Source: Eledone cirrhosa (Eukaryota). From it: 64,000 bases of DNA. Numbering within the stretch: the first letter of the stretch is position 1; each line of letters begins with the position of its first letter. This document shows positions 1 to 11,199 of the stretch, piece by piece. Where the stretch lies: NCBI GenBank assembly GCA_964016885.1, contig OZ024740.1:12648001-12712000 (forward strand), read 5' to 3'. The notes under the pieces were generated by a model. That model had not been told where the DNA came from. It was given only the letters and a program-made list of their open reading frames with translations, and ran no database searches. Both the position numbers and the translations under genes were made by a program.

Positions 1-370
1 CTTGTCTCTAGTCTAATATCTTGTCTCTAGTCAAATGTCTCTAGTCTAATGTCTTGTTTCGAGTCTAACGTCTCTAGTCTAATGTCTTGTCTCTAGTCTA
101 ATATCTTGTCTCTAGTCAAATGTCTCTAGTCTAATGTCTTGTCTCTAGTCTAACGTCTCTAGTCTAATGTCTTGTCTCTAGTCTAATGTCTCTAGTCTAA
201 TGTCTTGTCTCTAGTCTAATATCTTGTCTCTAGTCTAATGTCTCTAGTCTAATGTCTCTAGTCTAATGTCTTGTCTCTAGTCTAATATCTTGTCTCTAGT
301 CTAATGTCTCTAGTCTAATGTCTTGTCTCTAGTCTAATGTCTCTAGTCTAAAGTCTTATCTCTAGTCTAA

Positions 371-3300
371 TGTCTCTAGTCTAATGTCTTGTCTCTAGTC
401 TAATATCTTGTCTCTAGTCTAATGTCTCTAGTCTAATGTCTTGTTTCTAGTCTAATGTCTCTAGTCTAATGTCTTGTCTCTAGTCTAATATCTTGTCTCT
501 AGTCTAATGTCTTGTCTCTAGTCTAATGTCTCTAGTCTAATGTCTTGTCTCTAGTCTAACGTCTTGTCTCTAGTCCAATGTCTCTAGTGTAATGTCTTGT
601 CTCTAGTCTAATGTCTTGTCTCTAGTCTAACGTCTTGTCTCTAGTCTAATGTCTCTAGTCTAATATCTTGTCTCTAGTCTAATGTCTCTAGTCTAATATC
701 TTGTCACTAGTCTAATGTCTCTAGTCTAATATCTTGTCTCTAGTCTAACGTCTTGTCCCTAGTCTAATGTCTCTAGTCTAATATCTTGTCTCTAGTCTAA
801 TGTCTCTAGTCTAATATCTTGTCGCTTGTCTAATGTTTCTAGTCTAATGTCTTGTCTCTAGTCTAATGTCTTGTCTCTAGTCTAATGTCTCTAGTCTAAT
901 GTCTTGTCTCTAGTCTAATATCTTGTCTCTAGTCTAATGTCTTGTCTCTAGTCTAATGTCTCTAGTCTAATGTCTTGTTTCTAGTCTAATGTCTCTAGTC
1001 TAATGTCTTGTCTCTAGTCTAATAGCTTGTCTCTAGTCTAATGTCTTGTCTCTATTCTAATGTCTCTAGTCTAATGTCTTGTCTCTAGTCTAATATCTTG
1101 TCTCTAGTCAAATGTCTCTAGTCTAATGTCTTGTTTCTAGTCTAACGTCTCTAGTCTAATGTCTTATCTCTAGTCTAATATCTTGTCTCTAGTCAAATGT
1201 CTCTAGTCTAATGTCTTGTCTCTAGTCTAACGTCTCTAGTCTAATGTCTTGTCTCTAGTCTAATGTCTCTAGTCTAATGTCTCTAGTCTAATGTCTTGTC
1301 TCTAGTCTAATATCTTGTCTCTAGTCCAATGTCTCTAGTCTAATGTCTTGTCTCTAGTCTAATGTCTCTAGTCTAATGTCTTGTCTCTAGTCTAATGTCT
1401 CTAGTCTAATGTCTTGTCTCTAGTCTAATATCTTGTCTCTAGTCTAATGTCTCTAGTCTAATGTCTTGTCTCTAGTCTAATGTCTCTAGTCTAATGTCTT
1501 GTCTCTAGTCTAATGTCTCTAGTCTAATATCTTGTCTCTAGTCTAATGTCTCTAGTCTAATGTCTTGTCTCTAGTCTAATGTCTCTAGGCTAATGTCTGG
1601 TCTCTAGTCTAATATCTTGTCTCTAGTCTAATGAATTGTCTCTAGTCTAATGTCTCTAGTCTAATGTCTTGTCTCTAGTCTAATGTCTCTAGTCTAATGT
1701 CTCTAGTCTAATGTCTTGTCTCTAGTCTAATGTCTTGTCTCTAGTCTAATGTCTCTAGTCTAATGTTTCTAGTCTAATGTCTTGTTTCTAGTCTAATGTC
1801 TCTAGTCTAATGTCTTGTCTCTAGTCTAATATCTTGTCTCTAGTCTAATGTCTTGTCGCTAGTCTAATGTCTCTAGTGTAATGTCTTGTCTCTAGTCTAA
1901 TGTCTTGTCTCTAGTCTAATGTCTTGTCTCTAGTCTAATGTCTCTTGTCTAATGTCTTGTCTCTAGTCTAATATCTTGTCTCTAGTCTAATGTCTTGTCT
2001 CTAGTCTAATGTCTCTAGTCTAATGTCTTGTTTCTAGTCTAATGTCTCTAATCTAATGTCTTGTCTCTAGTCTAATATCTTGTCTCTAGTCTAATGTCTT
2101 GTCTCTAGTCTAATGTCTCTAGTCTAATGTCTTGTCTCTAGTCTAATATCTTGTCTCTAGTCTAATGTCTTGTCTCTAGTCTAATGTCTCTAGTCTAATG
2201 TCTTGTTTCTAGTCTAATGTCTCTAGTCTAATGTCTTGTCTCTAGTCTAATATCTTGTCTCTAGTCTAATGTCTCTAGTCTAATGTCTTGTCTCTAGTCT
2301 AGTGTCTTGTCTCTAGTCTAATATCTTGTCTCTAGTCTAATGTCTCTAGTCTAATGTCTTGTCTCTAGTCTAATGTCTCTAGTCTAATGTCTTTGTCTCT
2401 AGTCTAATGTCTCTAGTCTAATGTCTTGTCTCTAGTCTAATGTCTCTACTCTAATGTCTTGTCTCTAGTCCCAATATCTTGTCTCTAGTCTAATGTCTCT
2501 AGTCTAATGTCTTGTCTCTAGTCTAATGTCTCTAGTCTAATGTCTTATCTCTAGTCTAATGTCTTGTCTCTAGTCTAATGTCTCTAGTCTAATATCTTGT
2601 CTCTAGTCTAATGTCTCTAGACTAATGTCTTGTCTCTAGTCTAATGTCTCTAGTCTAATGTCTTATCTCTAGTCTAATGTCTTGTCTCTAGTCTAATGTC
2701 TCTAGTCTAATATCTTGTCTCTAGTCTAATGTCTCTAGACTAATGTCTTGTCTCTAGTCTAATGTCTCTAGTCTAATGTCTTGTCTCTAGTCTAATGTCT
2801 CTAGTCTAATGTCTTGTCTCTAGTCTAATATCTCGTCTCTAGTCTAATGTCTCTAGTCTAATGTCTTGTCTCTAGTCTAATATCTTGTCTCTAGTCTAAT
2901 GTCTTGTCTCTAGTCTAATATATTGTCTCTAGTCTAATGTCTCTAGTCTAATGTCTTGTCTCTAGTCTAATGTCTTGAGTCTAGTCTAATGTCTCTAGTC
3001 TAATGTCTTGTCTCTAGTGTAACGTCTTGTCTTTAGTCTAATGTCTCTAGTCTAATGTCTCTAGTGTAATGTCTTGTCTCTAGTCTAATATCTTGTCTCT
3101 AATCTAATGTCTTGTTTCTAGTCTAATGTCTCTAGTCTAATGTCTTGTCTCTAGTCTAATATCTTGTCTCTAGTCTAATGTCTTGTCTCTAGGCTAATGT
3201 CTCTAGTCTAATGTCTTGTCTCTAGTCTAACGTCTTGTCTCTAGTCTAATGTCTCTAGTGTAATGTCTTGTCTCTAGTCTAATGTCTTGTCTCTAGTCTA

Positions 3301-6300
3301 ACGTCTTGTCTCTAGTCTAATGTCTCTAGTCTAATATCTTGTCTCTAGTCTAATGTCTCTAGTCTAAAATCTTGTCACTAGTCTAATGTCTCTAGTCTAA
3401 TATCTTGTCTCTAGTCGAATGACTTGTCTCTAGTCTAATGACTCTAGTCTAATGTCTTGTTTCTAGTCTAATGTCTCTAGTCTAATGTCTTGTCTCTAGT
3501 CTAATATCTTGTCTCTAGTCAAATGTCTCTAGTCTAATGTCTTGTCTCTAGTCTAATGTCTCTAGTCTAATGTCTTGTTTCTAGTCTAATGTCTCTAGTC
3601 TAATGTCTTGTCCCTAGTCTAATATCTTGTCTCTAGTCTAATGTCTCTAGTCTAATGTCTTGTCTCTAGTCTAATGTCTCTAGTCTAATGTCTTGTCTCT
3701 AGTCTAATGTCTCTAGTCTAATGTCTTGTCTCTAGTCTAATGTCTCTAGTCTAATGTCTTGTCTCTAGTCTAATGTCTTGTCTCTAGTCTAATGTCTCTA
3801 GTCTAATATCTTGTCTCTAGTCTAATGTCTCTAGTCTAATGTCTTGTCTCTAGTCTAATGTCTCTAGTCTAATGTCTGGTCTCTAGTCTAATATCTTGTC
3901 TCTAGTCTAATGAATTGTCTCTAGTCTAATGTCTCTAGTCTAATGTCTTGTCTCTAGTCTAATGTCTTGTCTCTAGTCTAATGTCTCTAGTCTAATGTTT
4001 CTAGTCTAATGTCTTGTTTCTAGTCTAATGTCTCTAGTCTAATGTCTTGTCTCTAGTCTAATATCTTGTCTCTAGTCTAATGTCTTGTCGCTAGTCTAAT
4101 GTCTCTAGTGTAATGTCTTGTCTCTAGTCTAATGTCTTGTCTCTAGTCTAATGTCTTGTCTCTAGTCTAATGTCTCTTGTCTAATGTCTTGTCTCTAGTC
4201 TAATATCTTGTCTCTAGTCTAATGTCTTGTCTCTAGTCTAATGTCTCTAGTCTAATGTCTTGTTTCTAGTCTAATGTCTCTAATCTAATGTCTTGTCTCT
4301 AGTCTAATATCTTGTCTCTAGTCTAATGTCTTGTCTCTAGTCTAATGTCTCTAGTCTAATGTCTTGTCTCTAGTCTAATATCTTGTCTCTAGTCTAATGT
4401 CTTGTCTCTAGTCTAATGTCCCTAGTCTAATGTCTTATTTCTAGTCTAATGTCTCTAGTCTAATGTCTTGTCTCTAGTCTAATATCTTGTCTCTAGTCTA
4501 ATGTCTCTAGTCTAATGTCTTGTCTCTAGTCTAATGTCTTGTCTCTAGTCTAATATCTTGTCTCTAGTCTAATGTCTCTAGTCTAATGTCTTGTTTCTAG
4601 TCTAATGTCTCTAGTCTAATGTCTTGTCTCTAGTCTAATATCTTGTCTCTAGTCTAATGTCTTGTCTCTAGTCTAATGTCTCTAGTCTAATGTCTTGTCT
4701 CTAGTCTAACGTCTTGTCTCTAGTCCAATGTCTCTAGTGTAATGTCTTGTCTCTAGTCTAATGTCTTGTCTCTAGTCTAACGTCTTGTCTCTAGTCTAAT
4801 GTCTCTAGTCTAATATCTTGTCTCTAGTCTAATGTCTCTAGTCTAATATCTTGTCACTAGTCTAATGTCTCTAGTCTAATATCTTGTCTCTAGTCTAACG
4901 TCTTGTCCCTAGTCTAATGTCTCTAGTCTAATATCTTGTCTCTAGTCTAATGTCTCTAGTCTAATATCTTGTCGCTTGTCTAATGTTTCTAGTCTAATGT
5001 CTTGTCTCTAGTCTAATGTCTTGTCTCTAGTCTAATGTCTCTAGTCTAATGTCTTGTCTCTAGTCTAATATCTTGTCTCTAGTCTAATGTCTTGTCTCTA
5101 GTCTAATGTCTCTAGTCTAATGTCTTGTTTCTAGTCTAATGTCTCTAGTCTAATGTCTTGTCTCTAGTCTAATAGCTTGTCTCTAGTCTAATGTCTTGTC
5201 TCTATTCTAATGTCTCTAGTCTAATGTCTTGTCTCTAGTCTAATATCTTGTCTCTAGTCAAATGTCTCTAGTCTAATGTCTTGTTTCTAGTCTAACGTCT
5301 CTAGTCTAATGTCTTATCTCTAGTCTAATATCTTGTCTCTAGTCAAATGTCTCTAGTCTAATGTCTTGTCTCTAGTCTAACGTCTCTAGTCTAATGTCTT
5401 GTCTCTAGTCTAATGTCTCTAGTCTAATGTCTCTAGTCTAATGTCTTGTCTCTAGTCTAATATCTTGTCTCTAGTCCAATGTCTCTAGTCTAATGTCTTG
5501 TCTCTAGTCTAATGTCTCTAGTCTAATGTCTTGTCTCTAGTCTAATGTCTCTAGTCTAATGTCTTGTCTCTAGTCTAATATCTTGTCTCTAGTCTAATGT
5601 CTCTAGTCTAATGTCTTGTCTCTAGTCTAATGTCTCTAGTCTAATGTCTTGTCTCTAGTCTAATGTCTCTAGTCTAATATCTTGTCTCTAGTCTAATGTC
5701 TCTAGTCTAATGTCTTGTCTCTAGTCTAATGTCTCTAGGCTAATGTCTGGTCTCTAGTCTAATATCTTGTCTCTAGTCTAATGAATTGTCTCTAGTCTAA
5801 TGTCTCTAGTCTAATGTCTTGTCTCTAGTCTAATGTCTCTAGTCTAATGTCTCTAGTCTAATGTCTTGTCTCTAGTCTAATGTCTTGTCTCTAGTCTAAT
5901 GTCTCTAGTCTAATGTTTCTAGTCTAATGTCTTGTTTCTAGTCTAATGTCTCTAGTCTAATGTCTTGTCTCTAGTCTAATATCTTGTCTCTAGTCTAATG
6001 TCTTGTCGCTAGTCTAATGTCTCTAGTGTAATGTCTTGTCTCTAGTCTAATGTCTTGTCTCTAGTCTAATGTCTTGTCTCTAGTCTAATGTCTCTTGTCT
6101 AATGTCTTGTCTCTAGTCTAATATCTTGTCTCTAGTCTAATGTCTTGTCTCTAGTCTAATGTCTCTAGTCTAATGTCTTGTTTCTAGTCTAATGTCTCTA
6201 ATCTAATGTCTTGTCTCTAGTCTAATATCTTGTCTCTAGTCTAATGTCTTGTCTCTAGTCTAATGTCTCTAGTCTAATGTCTTGTCTCTAGTCTAATATC

Positions 6301-8744
6301 TTGTCTCTAGTCTAATGTCTTGTCTCTAGTCTAATGTCTCTAGTCTAATGTCTTGTTTCTAGTCTAATGTCTCTAGTCTAATGTCTTGTCTCTAGTCTAA
6401 TATCTTGTCTCTAGTCTAATGTCTCTAGTCTAATGTCTTGTCTCTAGTCTAGTGTCTTGTCTCTAGTCTAATATCTTGTCTCTAGTCTAATGTCTCTAGT
6501 CTAATGTCTTGTCTCTAGTCTAATGTCTCTAGTCTAATGTCTTTGTCTCTAGTCTAATGTCTCTAGTCTAATGTCTTGTCTCTAGTCTAATGTCTCTACT
6601 CTAATGTCTTGTCTCTAGTCCCAATATCTTGTCTCTAGTCTAATGTCTCTAGTCTAATGTCTTGTCTCTAGTCTAATGTCTCTAGTCTAATGTCTTATCT
6701 CTAGTCTAATGTCTTGTCTCTAGTCTAATGTCTCTAGTCTAATATCTTGTCTCTAGTCTAATGTCTCTAGACTAATGTCTTGTCTCTAGTCTAATGTCTC
6801 TAGTCTAATGTCTTATCTCTAGTCTAATGTCTTGTCTCTAGTCTAATGTCTCTAGTCTAATATCTTGTCTCTAGTCTAATGTCTCTAGACTAATGTCTTG
6901 TCTCTAGTCTAATGTCTCTAGTCTAATGTCTTGTCTCTAGTCTAATGTCTCTAGTCTAATGTCTTGTCTCTAGTCTAATATCTCGTCTCTAGTCTAATGT
7001 CTCTAGTCTAATGTCTTGTCTCTAGTCTAATATCTTGTCTCTAGTCTAATGTCTTGTCTCTAGTCTAATATATTGTCTCTAGTCTAATGTCTCTAGTCTA
7101 ATGTCTTGTCTCTAGTCTAATGTCTTGAGTCTAGTCTAATGTCTCTAGTCTAATGTCTTGTCTCTAGTGTAACGTCTTGTCTTTAGTCTAATGTCTCTAG
7201 TCTAATGTCTCTAGTGTAATGTCTTGTCTCTAGTCTAATATCTTGTCTCTAATCTAATGTCTTGTTTCTAGTCTAATGTCTCTAGTCTAATGTCTTGTCT
7301 CTAGTCTAATATCTTGTCTCTAGTCTAATGTCTTGTCTCTAGGCTAATGTCTCTAGTCTAATGTCTTGTCTCTAGTCTAACGTCTTGTCTCTAGTCTAAT
7401 GTCTCTAGTGTAATGTCTTGTCTCTAGTCTAATGTCTTGTCTCTAGTCTAACGTCTTGTCTCTAGTCTAATGTCTCTAGTCTAATATCTTGTCTCTAGTC
7501 TAATGTCTCTAGTCTAAAATCTTGTCACTAGTCTAATGTCTCTAGTCTAATATCTTGTCTCTAGTCGAATGACTTGTCTCTAGTCTAATGACTCTAGTCT
7601 AATGTCTTGTTTCTAGTCTAATGTCTCTAGTCTAATGTCTTGTCTCTAGTCTAATATCTTGTCTCTAGTCAAATGTCTCTAGTCTAATGTCTTGTCTCTA
7701 GTCTAATGTCTCTAGTCTAATGTCTTGTTTCTAGTCTAATGTCTCTAGTCTAATGTCTTGTCCCTAGTCTAATATCTTGTCTCTAGTCTAATGTCTCTAG
7801 TCTAATGTCTTGTCTCTAGTCTAATGTCTCTAGTCTAATGTCTTGTCTCTAGTCTAATGTCTCTAGTCTAATGTCTTGTCTCTAGTCTAATGTCTCTAGT
7901 CTAATGTCTTGTCTCTAGTCTAATGTCTTGTCTCTAGTCTAATGTCTCTAGTCTAATATCTTGTCTCTAGTCTAATGTCTCTAGTCTAATGTCTTGTCTC
8001 TAGTCTAATGTCTCTAGTCTAATGTCTGGTCTCTAGTCTAATATCTTGTCTCTAGTCTAATGAATTGTCTCTAGTCTAATGTCTCTAGTCTAATGTCTTG
8101 TCTCTAGTCTAATGTCTTGTCTCTAGTCTAATGTCTCTAGTCTAATGTTTCTAGTCTAATGTCTTGTTTCTAGTCTAATGTCTCTAGTCTAATGTCTTGT
8201 CTCTAGTCTAATATCTTGTCTCTAGTCTAATGTCTTGTCGCTAGTCTAATGTCTCTAGTGTAATGTCTTGTCTCTAGTCTAATGTCTTGTCTCTAGTCTA
8301 ATGTCTTGTCTCTAGTCTAATGTCTCTTGTCTAATGTCTTGTCTCTAGTCTAATATCTTGTCTCTAGTCTAATGTCTTGTCTCTAGTCTAATGTCTCTAG
8401 TCTAATGTCTTGTTTCTAGTCTAATGTCTCTAATCTAATGTCTTGTCTCTAGTCTAATATCTTGTCTCTAGTCTAATGTCTTGTCTCTAGTCTAATGTCT
8501 CTAGTCTAATGTCTTGTCTCTAGTCTAATATCTTGTCTCTAGTCTAATGTCTTGTCTCTAGTCTAATGTCCCTAGTCTAATGTCTTATTTCTAGTCTAAT
8601 GTCTCTAGTCTAATGTCTTGTCTCTAGTCTAATATCTTGTCTCTAGTCTAATGTCTCTAGTCTAATGTCTTGTCTCTAGTCTAATGTCTTGTCTCTAGTC
8701 TAATATCTTGTCTCTAGTCTAATGTCTCTAGTCTAATGTCTTGT
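371..8744. repeat. Tandem segmental duplication within the satellite, period 4150 bp
   Basis: Rare variants recur at exactly +4150: TAGTCCAATG 571/4721, ATGAATTG 1631/5781, CCAATATC 2471/6621, TGTCTTGAGT 2971/7121, AGTCTAAAAT 3361/7511, CCTAGTCTAATGTCTTATTT 4421/8571. Confidence 0.95.
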
Positions 8745-11199
8745 CTCTAGTCTAATGTCTCTAGTCTAATGTCTTTGTCTCTAGTCTAATGTCTCTAGTC
8801 TAATGTCTTGTCTCTAGTCTAATGTCTCTACTCTAATGTCTTGTCTCTAGTCCCAATATCTTGTCTCTAGTCTAATGTCTCTAGTCTAATGTCTTGTCTC
8901 TAGTCTAATGTCTCTAGTCTAATGTCTTATCTCTAGTCTAATGTCTTGTCTCTAGTCTAATGTCTCTAGTCTAATGTCTCTAGACTAATGTCTTGTCTCT
9001 AGTCTAATGTCTCTAGTCTAATGTCTTATCTCTAGTCTAATGTCTTGTCTCTAGTCTAATGTCTCTAGTCTAATATCTTGTCTCTAGTCTAATGTCTCTA
9101 GACTAATGTCTTGTCTCTAGTCTAATGTCTCTAGTCTAATGTCTTGTCTCTAGTCTAATGTCTCTAGTCTAATGTCTTGTCTCTAGTCTAATATCTCGTC
9201 TCTAGTCTAATGTCTCTAGTCTAATGTCTTGTCTCTAGTCTAATATCTTGTCTCTAGTCTAATGTCTCTAGTCTAATGTCTTGTCTCTAGTCTAATATAT
9301 TGTCTCTAGTCTAATGTCTCTAGTCTAATGTCTTGTCTCTAGTCTAATGTCTTGAGTCTAGTCTAATGTCTCTAGTCTAATGTCTTGTCTCTAGTGTAAC
9401 GTCTTGTCTTTAGTCTAATGTCTCTAGTCTAATGTCTCTAGTGTAATGTCTTGTCTCTAGTCTAATATCTTGTCTCTAATCTAATGTCTTGTCTCTAGTC
9501 TAATGTCTCTAGTCTAATGTCTTGTCTCTAGTCTAATATCTTGTCTCTAGTCTAATGTATTGTCTCTAGTCTAATGTCTCTAGTCTAATGTCTTGTTTCT
9601 AGTCTAATGTCTCTAGTCTAATGTCTTGTCTCTAGTCTAATATCTTGTCTCTAGTCTAATGTCTTGTCTCTAGTCTAATGTCTCTAGTCTAATGTCTTGT
9701 CTCTAGTCTAACGTCTTGTCTCTAGTCTAATGTCTCTAGTGTAATGTCTTGTCTCTAGTCTAATGTCTTGTCTCTAGTCTAACGTCTTGTCTCTAGTCTA
9801 ATGTCTCTAGTCTAATATCTTGTCTCTAGTCTAATGTCTCTAGTCTAATATCTTGTCACTAGTCTAATGTCTCTAGTCTAATATCTTGTCTCTAGTCTAA
9901 CGTCTTGTCTCTAGTCTAATGTCTCTAGTCTAATGTCTTGTTTCTAGTCTAATGTCTCTAGTCTAATGTCTTGTCTCTAGTCTAATAGCTTGTCTCTAGT
10001 CTAATGTCTTGTCTCTAGTCTAATGTCTCTAGTCTAATGTCTTGTCTCTAGTCTAATATCTTGTCTCTAGTCGAATGACTTGTCTCTAGTCTAATGACTC
10101 TAGTCTAATGTCTTGTTTCTAGTCTAATGTCTCTAGTCTAATGTCTTGTCTCTAGTCTAATATCTTGTCTCTAGTCAAATGTCTCTAGTCTAATGTCTTG
10201 TCTCTAGTCTAATGTCTCTAGTCTAATGTCTTGTTTCTAGTCTAATGTCTCTAGTCTAATGTCTTGTCCCTAGTCTAATATCTTGTCTCTAGTCTAATGT
10301 CTCTAGTCTAATGTCTTGTCTCTAGTCTAATATCTTGTCTCTAGTCTAATGTCTCTAGTCTAATGTCTTGTCTCTAGTCTAATGTCTCTAGTCTAATGTC
10401 TTGTCTCTAGTCTAATGTCTCTAGTCTAATGTCTTGTCTCTAGTCTAATATCTTGTCTCTAGTCTAATGTCTCTAGTCTAATGTCTTGTCTCTAGTCTAA
10501 TATCTTGTCTCTAGTCTAATGTCTCTAGTCTAATGTCTTGTCTCTAGTCTAATGTCTCTAGTCTAATGTCTTGTCTCTAGTCTAATGTCTCTAGTCTAAT
10601 GTCTTGTCTCTAGTCTAATATCTTGTCTCTAGTCTAATGTCTCTAGTCTAATGTCTTGTTTCTAGTCTAATGTCTCTAGTCTAATGTCTTGTCTCTAGTC
10701 TAATATCTTGTCTCTAGTCTAATGTCTTGTCTCTAGTCTAATGTCTCTAGTCTAATGTCTTGTCTCTAGTCTAACGTCTTGTCTCTAGTCCAATGTCTCT
10801 AGTGTAATGTCTTGTCTCTAGTCTAATGTCTTGTCTCTAGTCTAACGTCTTGTCTCTAGTCTAATGTCTCTAGTCTAATATCTTGTCTCTAGTCTAATGT
10901 CTCTAGTCTAATATCTTGTCACTAGTCTAATGTCTCTAGTCTAATATCTTGTCTCTAGTCTAACGTCTTGTCCCTAGTCTAATGTCTCTAGTCTAATATC
11001 ATGTCTCTAGTCTAATGTCTCTAGTCTAATATCTTGTCACTTGTCTAATGTTTCTAGTCTAATGTCTTGTCTCTAGTCTAATGTCTTGTCTCTAGTCTAA
11101 TGTCTCTAGTCTAATGTCTTGTCTCTAGTCTAATATCTTGTCTCTAGTCTAATGTCTTGTCTCTAGTCTAATGTCTCTAGTCTAATGTCTTGTTTCTAG

